Assembly: GCA_027623095.1 (NCBI GenBank)
Contig: JAQBVM010000001.1
Coordinates: 1,745-65,744, forward strand
Direction: 5' to 3'
DNA from: Verrucomicrobiota bacterium
Lineage (GTDB): Bacteria; Verrucomicrobiota; Verrucomicrobiia; Limisphaerales; SIBE01
DNA length: 64,000 nt
Position 1 is the stretch's first letter; each line of letters opens with the position of its first letter. The translations under genes and the position numbers were made by a program. This document shows positions 1 through 8,503 of the stretch, in pieces. Below the pieces are notes generated by a model. That model was not told where the DNA came from. It made no database searches and was given only the letters and a program-made list of their open reading frames with translations.

Positions 1-1730
1 GGGTCGAGGATTTTCAGGGCGTCGATGGCGGCGATGAGGCAGGCGACTTCGGCGGGGGTGAAGGCGTGCGTTTTCTCGGTGTAGGCGAAGAGGTCGTCGA
101 GCTTCTCTTGAATGGCTGAACGTCCGCCCTCACCCCGGCCCTCTCCCCCAGGAGAGGGAGAACCGCCTGCCACTTTCTGGCGGCTCGGAGTCACCGCTTC
201 GAGCTTCGCTTTCAGATGGGCTTTGAGGGACTCGTCCACCATGTAGTCCACGATGGGGCGCGGGGTGTAGAAGGAGCCGGTCTGCTTGCGGGCGGTGGTC
301 TTGGTTTCCTCGTTGTAGGAGGCGAGGAGGTTCTCGAAGACTTTGCCGAGGAGTTCGGGATCGAGCGCAATTTCCTGATCGATGGGGGTGTTCTCCAAGA
401 TGGTGAACTTGTAGCGGTCCAGGATGCGGATGAGGCCGGTGACGTTTTCCTTCCTGCGCTTGGTGTCGTTGTAAGGAGTTGAGAGGTCCACAATTCGCTC
501 AGCACCGAAAAAGAGTTCATTGGGGACAGTGGGCCGCTTCTTAACGTTGCGGGAGAATCCGTCGAGATAACGTTTCTTTTCCGTTTCCTCCTCGGTGCGG
601 TCAAGGCACTCGAAAAGACCGCCATTCAGGAACGGGATGTCGGCGAAGTGGGCGAGCGCGGCTTCGGGCGGCTCCTGAAAGAGAGCTTCGTAGCGGTAGA
701 GGTTGTTGACGTCGTAAGTGCTGCGGTTTTTCTGAAAGCCTTCGTCCTTGGCAAAAACACGGTAGGGCTTGCCGTTGCCGTCTTTGCCCATGCGCTGGTT
801 GAGCGTGGCGAAGAAGAGGTTCTGCAGGATGGCCTGGTAGTAGGTGGAGCTGGTCTCGCTCTCGGGATCGAAGCCCTTGAGAATCTTGGCGAGGTCGGCG
901 GGATGAAAGAGCTTTTCCGGAATGAGATCCTTTTCCTTGAGGAACCAGCAAAAAATGAGGCGCGTGAGCAGGCGAATGAGGCCGGTGGCGCGGCGCTTTT
1001 CGTCGTCGGGATCGAGATCGGCGGGGAACTCGACCTGCGGGAGCGCCCAGAAATACCAGTTGGCAAGTTCCTTATAGAAGCGCTCGTTCAGCAGTTCGAC
1101 GTTGAAGATCTGCTCCCACGCGGCGTGCAACGTGTCGAAATCGGTGATGGGTTTCTTTTGCGGGTGGACGAGATTGGGCAGCGCCAGCGAATCGAGAATA
1201 TCGAGGTGGCCGCGGTGAGTCTGGGTGACATTGATGTCGCGGATCAGGGTGGCTTTTTCGAGAACGTCCTTGTCGGACTCAAGCTTGTTCCGCCGCCGAT
1301 TGATAACAGCGATGGTGAGCCGGCCGTGGTGTTTGAAGAGCGCCATGACGGGCATGGGGAAGAGACGGTTGATCTGCCGGGCGATGGCGGAGAATTTACC
1401 GCGCGCGTAGTCGCTGCCCTTCAGCTCGATGGCGAAGAAGAGGTAGGATTGCAGGAGACCGGCCTGAACCGAGGTGTCGGGGAAGAGACTGGATTCGCGG
1501 CTAAGTTCCTGGTCGGTGAGTTGAAAAAGCAAATCGGCGCTCTTCCACTCGTGGAAGAGCGCTTTGCTCTGGTCAAAGGCATGGCCGGAGCCGAAGAGAT
1601 CGAGGAATGCCGACGGCGAGGAGGCGGCACCGGCGATGAACTTGTCGCTCTTGTAGCCGAGTTTGGCGAGAAGCTGGCGGGCGGCAACTTTGAGAGGCAG
1701 GGTCAGGAAATTCGAGAGGGCGGCTTTCAT
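1..1730 (-). CDS. N6-adenine DNA methyltransferase, Eco57I/type IIG-like (first ~576 codons; continues beyond window start)
   Basis: Absent from the ORF track because it runs off the edge. My translation of the minus strand from ATG at 1730 gives an uninterrupted frame (MKAALSNFLTLPLKV...). It contains LDPELLGKVFENLLASYNEETKTTARKQTGSFYTPRPIVDYMV, the hallmark block of Eco57I/MmeI-type (COG1002-like) gamma N6-adenine MTases. ATGA overlap with the upstream gene at 1727-1730. The AdoMet-binding and NPPY motifs would lie past coordinate 1. Confidence 0.8.
   Translation of the reverse strand, partial: MKAALSNFLTLPLKVAARQLLAKLGYKSDKFIAGAASSPSAFLDLFGSGHAFDQSKALFHEWKSADLLFQLTDQELSRESSLFPDTSVQAGLLQSYLFFAIELKGSDYARGKFSAIARQINRLFPMPVMALFKHHGRLTIAVINRRRNKLESDKDVLEKATLIRDINVTQTHRGHLDILDSLALPNLVHPQKKPITDFDTLHAAWEQIFNVELLNERFYKELANWYFWALPQVEFPADLDPDDEKRRATGLIRLLTRLIFCWFLKEKDLIPEKLFHPADLAKILKGFDPESETSSTYYQAILQNLFFATLNQRMGKDGNGKPYRVFAKDEGFQKNRSTYDVNNLYRYEALFQEPPEAALAHFADIPFLNGGLFECLDRTEEETEKKRYLDGFSRNVKKRPTVPNELFFGAERIVDLSTPYNDTKRRKENVTGLIRILDRYKFTILENTPIDQEIALDPELLGKVFENLLASYNEETKTTARKQTGSFYTPRPIVDYMVDESLKAHLKAKLEAVTPSRQKVAGGSPSPGGEGRGEGGRSAIQEKLDDLFAYTEKTHAFTPAEVACLIAAIDALKILD
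126..165. repeat. GC-rich REP-like hairpin element lying in-frame inside the methyltransferase CDS
   Basis: CCCTCACCCC head followed by a perfect 8-bp stem, CCCTCTCC (139-146), loop CCCA, GGAGAGGG (151-158). On the coding strand it reads GGSPSPGGEGRGEGG. The head and G-rich tail recur in the intergenic element at 47431-47487. Confidence 0.5.
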
Positions 1731-3175
1731 GGTGCTGTTGAAGGATGCCGGGCGAGCCAGGCGCGGCCTTTGGCGGTGAGGCGGTATTTTTGGAGACGGC
1801 TGTTGGGCTTGTCAGGGAGGGTGCGCTCCACCATTCCCTCGGCCAGGGCGGTGTCGATGTAGCGCTCACGAAGGTGGGTTCGGTCGCTAAGCTCCAAATT
1901 TTTAAGGATTTCCGAGTTGCCAAGGGGGCCGGTACCGCCGAGAAGACGAATCAGTACGACCACCGCGACTGGTGGAGTGACTGGTGGGGTGACTGGTGGG
2001 GTGACTGGTGGGGTGACTTGTCTGGTAGGTTCACCTGCGACTGGTGCCGTGGCTTTGACCGCTGCCAAATATTCCGGCCCGAATGGGAACTCGATCCAGA
2101 GATCGTTCGCCTCGTGGCGGAGGCGAGGCTTCGGCGTTCGAGCGTCGCGGCAGGCGGCAAAGATTCGCTGGATTCCACGGCCCCATGTCTCGATCTCGCC
2201 GGAGCGAAAGAAGACGTTGGCAATGGCAGGATTGAAGGGGGCGGAGGCGTGTGCGTCCAAGAGGTTCTTCACGGTCCAGCCGTCGGGGAGCACGCAGGGG
2301 TTCCAGATTTTCAGGCGGTTCTCATAGACTCGGACCTGCACGGGAGCGCCGACGGCGTAGTCACGATGTACGAGCGCATTCAAAATGGCCTCACGCAGCG
2401 CAGGATCCGGAACGGGGTATCGCTCGATGCGCTGGATGCCTTGGTAGGTGATGGCGGCTTTGAGGTATTTGGTGCGGACGAGGTCGATGGTTTTCGCCAC
2501 CTGCGTGAAGAGATCTCCTTGGATCATGTCGTGGTAGGCGAGATCGGATTCGGAGCGGAAGAAGCCGATCTTCACGAAGGCGCCGGTGACATATTTCTCG
2601 GGATCCTCGTGAAATAGCAGCACGGCGGCACGCTTGAGGTATGGGCCTTCGGTGAGCTTGAGTTTTTCGAGGAGGGCGGCCTTGGAAGAACGAAAGTCGG
2701 CAGGATCGAGCCGCCCGCTGGTGCGGGCCAGATCGCGAAACTGGCGGATGGCGGCCGCGGAGAGGTCAGTGGTCTTGACTCCGGGCACCGGCACGCCATC
2801 CCAGGTGCGGCCCTGCCGCCGCAGGAGGAAGCGATCCAGCGCGGCGCCTTTCAGCTCCTGCAAAGTGCTGCCCGTGCGCTGAAAGTAATGGCCGCGGTAA
2901 CTGATGGGGTAAGGGTAAGGCTCGGCGATGATCTCCAGCCAAGTCAGTCCGTTTTCCTCATGGGCATTCACCGACACCAGGATGCCCAGGACATCGCGGA
3001 CTTTGTTGGGAATGTCCTCCAGCAACTTTGCGGCGTCCGGCAGCCCGACGACCTCGCCTTTGTCATTGCGACCGATGTGAAGGACGCCGCCCTCGGCATT
3101 TGCGAAGCCGCAAATCCATCGCAGGAATTCATCCCGCCAGGTTTCCTTCCATTCAAGCTGCTGATGCTCCTTCAT
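1727..3175 (-). CDS. AlbA_2 (Schlafen-like) / HATPase_c_4-like / C-terminal winged-helix protein (COG2865-type, often annotated 'RecG-like')
   Basis: 482 aa. N-terminus EWKETW...FANAEGGVLHIGRNDKGEVVGL (AlbA_2). Middle REAILNALVHRDY...NPAIANVFFRSGEIETWGRGIQRI (HATPase_c_4-like). Tail PDKPNSRLQKYRLTAKG (wHTH). ATGA overlaps at both ends (1727-1730 and 3172-3175). Confidence 0.85.
   Translation of the reverse strand: MKEHQQLEWKETWRDEFLRWICGFANAEGGVLHIGRNDKGEVVGLPDAAKLLEDIPNKVRDVLGILVSVNAHEENGLTWLEIIAEPYPYPISYRGHYFQRTGSTLQELKGAALDRFLLRRQGRTWDGVPVPGVKTTDLSAAAIRQFRDLARTSGRLDPADFRSSKAALLEKLKLTEGPYLKRAAVLLFHEDPEKYVTGAFVKIGFFRSESDLAYHDMIQGDLFTQVAKTIDLVRTKYLKAAITYQGIQRIERYPVPDPALREAILNALVHRDYAVGAPVQVRVYENRLKIWNPCVLPDGWTVKNLLDAHASAPFNPAIANVFFRSGEIETWGRGIQRIFAACRDARTPKPRLRHEANDLWIEFPFGPEYLAAVKATAPVAGEPTRQVTPPVTPPVTPPVTPPVAVVVLIRLLGGTGPLGNSEILKNLELSDRTHLRERYIDTALAEGMVERTLPDKPNSRLQKYRLTAKGRAWLARHPSTAP
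1967..2026. repeat. 12-bp tandem repeat (4 good units plus 1 degenerate) encoding (VTPP)4 linker
   Basis: GACTGGTGGAGT, then GACTGGTGGGGT x3, then degenerate GACTTGTCTGGT. Read directly from the sequence. It lies between the HATPase-like core and the wHTH of the 1727-3175 protein. Confidence 0.9.
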
Positions 3176-6111
3176 GCCTCGTCTTCCTTGATGACGAGCC
3201 AGGTGACGAGTTCGAGGCCGGTCTTTTCGTGAACTTGGTCCCGCGCATCGGGCAGAATGAAGCCGCGACCAGACTGGAGGCCGGAGGCGGCGCGTTTGCG
3301 GAAAGTGGCGGCTAGGGAGTCCGCGGCTTTTTGAAGGAGCGTGTCGTAAGCTTTCATGTTGCTGCCGTGATCGGTCTGTTGGTCGAAAAGACCGCAGAGC
3401 TGGTCACAGACTCCCGCTTTGTAGCGGAGGTCTTCGGAGATGATGTCTTCGATTTCCTCATTCTTGAGCACGTTATCCTCGAAAGTGGCGGAGAGATCCA
3501 CGAGGGCCATGCGGGCTTCAACGCGATTCTTGAGATTGATATATTTATTGAGGTCCTCCGTGGGCCAGAAGTTGACGAGCTGCACGGTATGGCTGGCGCT
3601 GCCGATCCGATCGATACGTCCAAACCGCTGAATGATACGGACCGGATTCCAATGGATGTCGTAGTTGATGAGGAAATCGCAGTCCTGAAGGTTCTGCCCT
3701 TCACTGATGCAGTCGGTGGCTATGAGGAGATCGATCTCGCCCTCCTGCGGCATGGAAGCGATCTTGGCGCGTTGTTTGGCGCGCGGGGAGAAGTTGGTGA
3801 GAATTTGGTCGTAGGCGCTTTCGCCAAACGTGGTGCGGGTGTCCCCGCCGCCGCAGACGAGCGCAATATGGATGCCGAGTTCCTTGCCGCCCCATTCGAG
3901 AAGGGATTCGTAGAGGTAAGTGGCCGTATCCGCAAAGGCGGTGAAGACGAGAACTTTCCGATTCGATTCGCCGAGTTTGTTCGTCGTTGGTTCGGCGACC
4001 TTCGCAGATATAAGTTTCTTCAGGTCAGCCAGCTTGGCATCGGTGGCGGGCGTGACGTCCTGCGCGGCGTTGTAGAGGATGCGGAGTTGGTCTTTGTCGC
4101 GTTTGAGGGCTTTGAGCCACCCGTCGTCGCCGTCGAGCCGGAGGTGATTCAATCGGAATTTCAGCTTGCCGCCCACTTGCGTGGCATCTTCCAGTTCCTC
4201 GTCGTGTCCGGGGTCGTCGAGCTCCAGTTCCAGCTCTTCGGATTCGGGGTTCTGCTTGGGCAAGGCCTGGAAATTTTTGATCTTCTTTTCCAGCCCCTCG
4301 ATCTTGGCGATGGTGCGCTCCATCGTGATCTCGAAAGATTTGACGGAGCTTTCGAGGCGCTTGAGGAAGTTCACCTTCATCATGCCGATGAGGAAAGTCT
4401 CGCGCTGGCCCTGCGTGAACGGAAACGCGCCCTTCCTCTCATACTCGGCCTTGTGAGCCTCCAGGACAAAACGGGACGGGTTGAACAGCGATAGTTTGTA
4501 GGCGGCGATTTCGTCGTTGAGTTTGTCGTAGGAGAGGAATCGCCCCCGCAGGTCGATCTCGGGGTAAATGGAAACGGGCTTCTCGCGCTTCGGGAATCCG
4601 CCGAGCTGGGCAATGGTGGCTTTGTAGTATTTTTGAAGGTGCTTGCGCGAGCGGGCGATCGTTAATTCGTCGAGAAGCTTGAAGAATGCGGCATTGAGCT
4701 TCTCCAAGAGCTCTCCGGTTTTGCGCTCATGGGTTTGCTTCTTAACCCAGATTGAAAAGACCTTTTGCGCACTGGCGAGTGTTTCTTTAAGGCTGCCAAC
4801 GCCGATCGTCTCAGCGAAAGCGTCATCGCGGTTCTCGGTGAGGAAGTAGAGCTGGTTGCGAAGGTCTTTGAGATCGTTGTTGACCGGCGTGGCGGAGAGC
4901 AGCAGTACCTTCGTGCGGACGCCGGATTGGATGATGTCTTCCATGAGCCGCTGGTAGCGACTCTTGCGGATGATGTTCCCTTCCTCGTCGCGCTTGCCAG
5001 GCGTGTTATTCCGGAAGTTGTGCGACTCATCGATGACGATGAGGTCGTAGTTGCCCCAGTTGAGGGTCGCGAGATTGATGTCCCCCGAGTAGCCGGTTTC
5101 CCGGCTGAGGTCGGTGTGGGAAACGACATCGTAGCGGAAGCGGTCCGATACAAACGGATTGAGAAGGCTGTTGGCTTTGTAAACCGTCCAGTTGTCACGC
5201 AGTTTCTTCGGGCAGAGAACGAGCACGCGCTCATTCTTCAGCTCGAAGTATTTCATGACGGCGAGCGCCTCGTAGGTTTTTCCCAAACCGACGCTGTCGG
5301 CGATAATGCAGCCATTGTGGCGGAGGATTTTGTTGATCGCTCCTTTCGCGCCGTCCTTTTGAAATTCGAAAAGGGCTTTCCATATCCCGGTCTCGAAAAG
5401 GCTGGTCTTGCCCAAGTCCGAGTCCGTCTTGCCGACGTCGCCGAGAAATTTCTCGAAGATGTGGAAGAGCGTCTTGTAGTAGATGAATTCCGGGGTGTTA
5501 TTCTCGTAGAGCTGCTTGAGGTAGTTGAGAACGTCCTGCTTCACGTCTTTAACGAGCGTCTCGTTGCTCCAAAGCTCGTCAAACCACTGCTTGAGTTCCT
5601 GGCGGTCGCGGTTGCCGTCCACAATTAAATTCAACTCAATGTTGTTTCCAGCATTGCCGAGCCCGAGGCCGCGCACCGTGAAGTTAGAACTGCCAAGGAT
5701 AGCTTCCTCCATGCCACCAGTGGCTATGTGATACATCTTTCCGTGAAGGAGGTTGGATTGCTTGATTGTCTTGATGTCCACCTTGCGCGTAATCCAGTCG
5801 GCGCACTCTTTGGCAACCCGTTTCTGCCGGAGTTTGTTGGAGAGTTCCAAGCCGTCGGTGTCGATTATGAAGGCTTTTTTCTCGGTCTTGCTCGGGTCAA
5901 GGCGGTTAACGAAGGACGGTTCGCCAAATAGAAAATCGAGGTGGTCGATGGCGTCGAGATGATCTTTGAGCGCGTCGTAGGCGTAGATGGCGAAATACGC
6001 GGAAACGATGGACAGGCGTGAACCGGTCTGGGTCTTCGCTCGCAGGAAGTCGGCGACGGTTCCCCTCGTGTGGTTGTCGCGCACGCCGGAGTTGTTGGTT
6101 GGGGTGGCCAT
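3172..6111 (-). CDS. PLD/HKD nuclease domain fused to SNF2-family helicase/translocase
   Basis: 979 aa. N-terminal HKD-type motif LHGKMYH...ILGSSNFTVRG. SNF2/SF2 motifs ADSVGLGKTYEA (I), VIDESHNFRN (II), LLSATPVNN (III) and QRFGRIDRIG (VI). Confidence 0.9.
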   Translation of the reverse strand: MATPTNNSGVRDNHTRGTVADFLRAKTQTGSRLSIVSAYFAIYAYDALKDHLDAIDHLDFLFGEPSFVNRLDPSKTEKKAFIIDTDGLELSNKLRQKRVAKECADWITRKVDIKTIKQSNLLHGKMYHIATGGMEEAILGSSNFTVRGLGLGNAGNNIELNLIVDGNRDRQELKQWFDELWSNETLVKDVKQDVLNYLKQLYENNTPEFIYYKTLFHIFEKFLGDVGKTDSDLGKTSLFETGIWKALFEFQKDGAKGAINKILRHNGCIIADSVGLGKTYEALAVMKYFELKNERVLVLCPKKLRDNWTVYKANSLLNPFVSDRFRYDVVSHTDLSRETGYSGDINLATLNWGNYDLIVIDESHNFRNNTPGKRDEEGNIIRKSRYQRLMEDIIQSGVRTKVLLLSATPVNNDLKDLRNQLYFLTENRDDAFAETIGVGSLKETLASAQKVFSIWVKKQTHERKTGELLEKLNAAFFKLLDELTIARSRKHLQKYYKATIAQLGGFPKREKPVSIYPEIDLRGRFLSYDKLNDEIAAYKLSLFNPSRFVLEAHKAEYERKGAFPFTQGQRETFLIGMMKVNFLKRLESSVKSFEITMERTIAKIEGLEKKIKNFQALPKQNPESEELELELDDPGHDEELEDATQVGGKLKFRLNHLRLDGDDGWLKALKRDKDQLRILYNAAQDVTPATDAKLADLKKLISAKVAEPTTNKLGESNRKVLVFTAFADTATYLYESLLEWGGKELGIHIALVCGGGDTRTTFGESAYDQILTNFSPRAKQRAKIASMPQEGEIDLLIATDCISEGQNLQDCDFLINYDIHWNPVRIIQRFGRIDRIGSASHTVQLVNFWPTEDLNKYINLKNRVEARMALVDLSATFEDNVLKNEEIEDIISEDLRYKAGVCDQLCGLFDQQTDHGSNMKAYDTLLQKAADSLAATFRKRAASGLQSGRGFILPDARDQVHEKTGLELVTWLVIKEDEA

Positions 6112-6225
6112 TTAGTTGAGGCACAAATTCTTAGCGTTATCCGAATTGACGGAACACTTCCCGCCGTGGGACTCGACCAATTCTTCCGATTGCGCGAACA
6201 TCACGCCTGAACTGCTTTCACCATT

Positions 6226-6300
6226 GTATCCCGAAGCGTCCATGTGCCCGCGCATCGTGTCGGCAGCAACCCAGAGCCGAGCTGCAAAACTATGGGCAGG
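6226..6300 (-). pseudogene. Remnant of a type I R-M HsdM N-terminus
   Basis: Within track ORF 6112..6495(-): SFAARLWVAADTMRGHMDASGY matches the conserved N-terminal LW.AAD.LRG.MDA.EY block of HsdM. Similarity ends immediately after it. The ORF stop abuts the helicase ATG (TAAATG). Confidence 0.4.
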
Positions 6301-6686
6301 GCTGTTTGATTTTGCTTCGGAGTTTCTCGCTTTCGCCACGGGCGCAAGGCTAACGGAGCCGATGCCGGTTGCAAAGCGCTGTTTGATCGCTTTGGAATGA
6401 AGGTTGACAAGCCACCGCGTGATCGAATCACATGGAACGTGCGAAATGCCCGAACCGTTGGCAGATTGTTTGCAACGTGCAATGTCTCTCTTCATATCAG
6501 CCCGCGGCGAATTGCCTGATCATCACGCTCAACGCCTTCGTTTCGGGCGCGAACGATGGAGGACTTCGCCTTGGCCCTCCACAAGCTGAAGGAAAGGGAG
6601 AGCCGAATCACAACGGCGCTGGTTCAAGAGCACCGGAGAGGCGATTCAACTGATAAATGACTTAGGCTATTCCCGAAGCGACTGAA

Positions 6687-7685
6687 ATGTCCGTTGAATT
6701 CAAAGACTATTACGCCACGCTCGGAGTGGCGCGCGAGGCCGGCGAGGAAGAGATCAAGAAAGCCTTCCGAACGCTGGCCCGCAAATACCACCCCGACGTT
6801 GCCAAAGACAAAAAGACAGCCGAGGAAAAGTTCAAAGCGATCAATGAGGCCAATGAAGTGCTAAGTGATCCAGCGAAACGCCGGAAATACGATGATCTGG
6901 GCGCGAATTGGCGGGATGAGGGTCGGTTCCAATCGTCTGCTGACCGGCAAAGCCGCGGATCATCCGGTGGCCCAAATGGTCACAGCCAGGAGTTCCACTT
7001 CGGTGGCACCGGTTTCAGCGACTTCTTCGAGCAGTTTTTCAGTGGCGGCCGCCGCTACGGATTTCCGCAAGATGGGCACGGCTCCGGCGACGGGAATCGC
7101 TCCGATGAAGGCCGGGCTCGGCGGGGCAGCGACATCGAGGGTGATATTCTTGTGACACTGGGGGAAGCCATGCGCGGAGCGACACGGGCGATCTCCATGC
7201 AATTGGCGAACCCGCGGACGGGCCTGGTGGAAACGCGCACTTTCCAGGTTCGCATTCCGCCCGGCGCCACCGATGGGAAGCGCATTCGCGTTCCCGGCCA
7301 GGGCGAGCCGGGGCCGGGCGGGGGCGCGGCGGGCGATCTCTACCTGCGCGTGCGCCACGCCACGCATCCGGACTTCCATACGCGCGAGGCGGATCTCTAC
7401 CACGAACTCGAGGTGGCCCCGTGGGAAGCGGTGCTGGGTGCCGAGCTCGCGGTGCCGACACTCGATGGATCGGTCAAGTTGCGCCTTCCTCCCGGCACCG
7501 GAAACGGCCAGCAACTGCGTGTGCGCGGACGCGGGTTGCCCAAGGGGAAAAGCGGCGAGCGTGGCGACTTCCACGCGATCGTCACCGTCCTTCTGCCGAC
7601 GAAGCTCAGCGATGAAGAACGCGCGCAATGGGAAACACTCCGCGGCATCTCGACCTTCAATCCACGAACCACTCCGTCCGCATGA
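6687..7685 (+). CDS. cbpA: Curved-DNA-binding protein CbpA (DnaJ-class co-chaperone without zinc finger)
   Basis: J domain with HPD (RKYHPDVAKD), a G/F-rich linker, no CxxCxGxG repeats, and DnaJ C-terminal domains. Confidence 0.9.
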   Translation: MSVEFKDYYATLGVAREAGEEEIKKAFRTLARKYHPDVAKDKKTAEEKFKAINEANEVLSDPAKRRKYDDLGANWRDEGRFQSSADRQSRGSSGGPNGHSQEFHFGGTGFSDFFEQFFSGGRRYGFPQDGHGSGDGNRSDEGRARRGSDIEGDILVTLGEAMRGATRAISMQLANPRTGLVETRTFQVRIPPGATDGKRIRVPGQGEPGPGGGAAGDLYLRVRHATHPDFHTREADLYHELEVAPWEAVLGAELAVPTLDGSVKLRLPPGTGNGQQLRVRGRGLPKGKSGERGDFHAIVTVLLPTKLSDEERAQWETLRGISTFNPRTTPSA

Positions 7686-8005
7686 ACACGCCCCCGGAAA
7701 ATGATTCCGCACGCCTACCGATCTTTGAGCCGGACATGGAGGCCACTTACTCGCTGGAGGTCGTCGTTGAGCTGACAGGGGTGAATTCACAGGCGATTCT
7801 TCACTATCGTGAGCAAGGTCTGATCTCCGTGATGACAGATCCCGAATCTGGCGCCCACTATTTCGATGACGCAGCCCTGCGCACACTCCGGCGCATCGAG
7901 CATCTCCGCGCCTATTGCGAGATGAACGACTCCGGGCTCAGACTCGTCCTTCGTCTTTTGGAAGACATGGAACGTTTGGAAGCGGACTTGAATGCACGAC
8001 GATGA
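7682..8005 (+). CDS. cbpM: MerR-type chaperone modulatory protein (CbpM/HspR-like)
   Basis: Internal ATG at 7682 of track ORF 7628..8005 overlaps the cbpA stop (ATGA). MerR-like HTH YSLEVVVELTGVNSQAILHYREQGLI. About 107 aa, the usual partner of cbpA. Confidence 0.65.
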   Translation: MNTPPENDSARLPIFEPDMEATYSLEVVVELTGVNSQAILHYREQGLISVMTDPESGAHYFDDAALRTLRRIEHLRAYCEMNDSGLRLVLRLLEDMERLEADLNARR

Positions 8006-8503
8006 TTTCATCGTGAACTCTTCAGAGGCGTGCGAAACGCACGAACTAGGGGCGGATTTCTTGCAAAGTGCAAAGGCCTCTGCCTTTCCAGCCTGCGACA
8101 GAATTCCTGGAAATCGTTCTAAATTCCTTCGAGGGAACAATCTACGCGGTTAGGCTTAACATTGGCCCTGTGTTTGCTGATCAAAGAGCGGCGAAGCGCT
8201 CCAGCATCGCTGTTTCACGAGCGCTGCGCCTGTGTCCAGACGATGTCCAACTGGAGAACAATATTGCGCGGAGTTTGGGATAAGAGGTTCCTCAAAGCAA
8301 AGGGGTCGGCCCGGAGAGTCTCGCAATGTGGATTTGCCGCATGGGGCTACTCCGAGGAGATTGATTTGGAAAAGCCGTCATCGCAAATTGGGTGGCGGAA
8401 CCCGTATATCCGTGTGTTTCCGCGCACTCTCGCACCTTACGTCGATCCAAAAAAAGATTATGAAAGTAAACGCGGGACAGCGGATTGATCATCCACAGTG
8501 CGT

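Noticed and set aside
648-1862. 404-aa plus-strand ORF, the longest track ORF in the first 2 kb
   Set aside because: It is a Val/Glu/Gly-rich shadow frame with no motifs. The opposite strand carries an uninterrupted frame with clear Eco57I-type MTase motifs and an ATGA-coupled start at 1730, so the plus-strand ORF is antisense noise.
3331-4494. 387-aa plus-strand ORF inside the helicase gene
   Set aside because: It is antisense to a protein with complete SNF2 motifs. Its composition is typical of a GC-rich shadow ORF.
1-6111. Calling the operon DISARM class 1 outright
   Set aside because: DISARM requires DrmA (helicase) and DrmB (DUF1998), and neither is visible. Here PLD is fused to SNF2 and an extra AlbA_2 gene is present. 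The downstream part is outside the window, so the assignment cannot be made or excluded.
6960-7886. 308-aa minus-strand ORF overlapping cbpA/cbpM
   Set aside because: It is Arg/Ala-rich and antisense to an unmistakable DnaJ-class gene.
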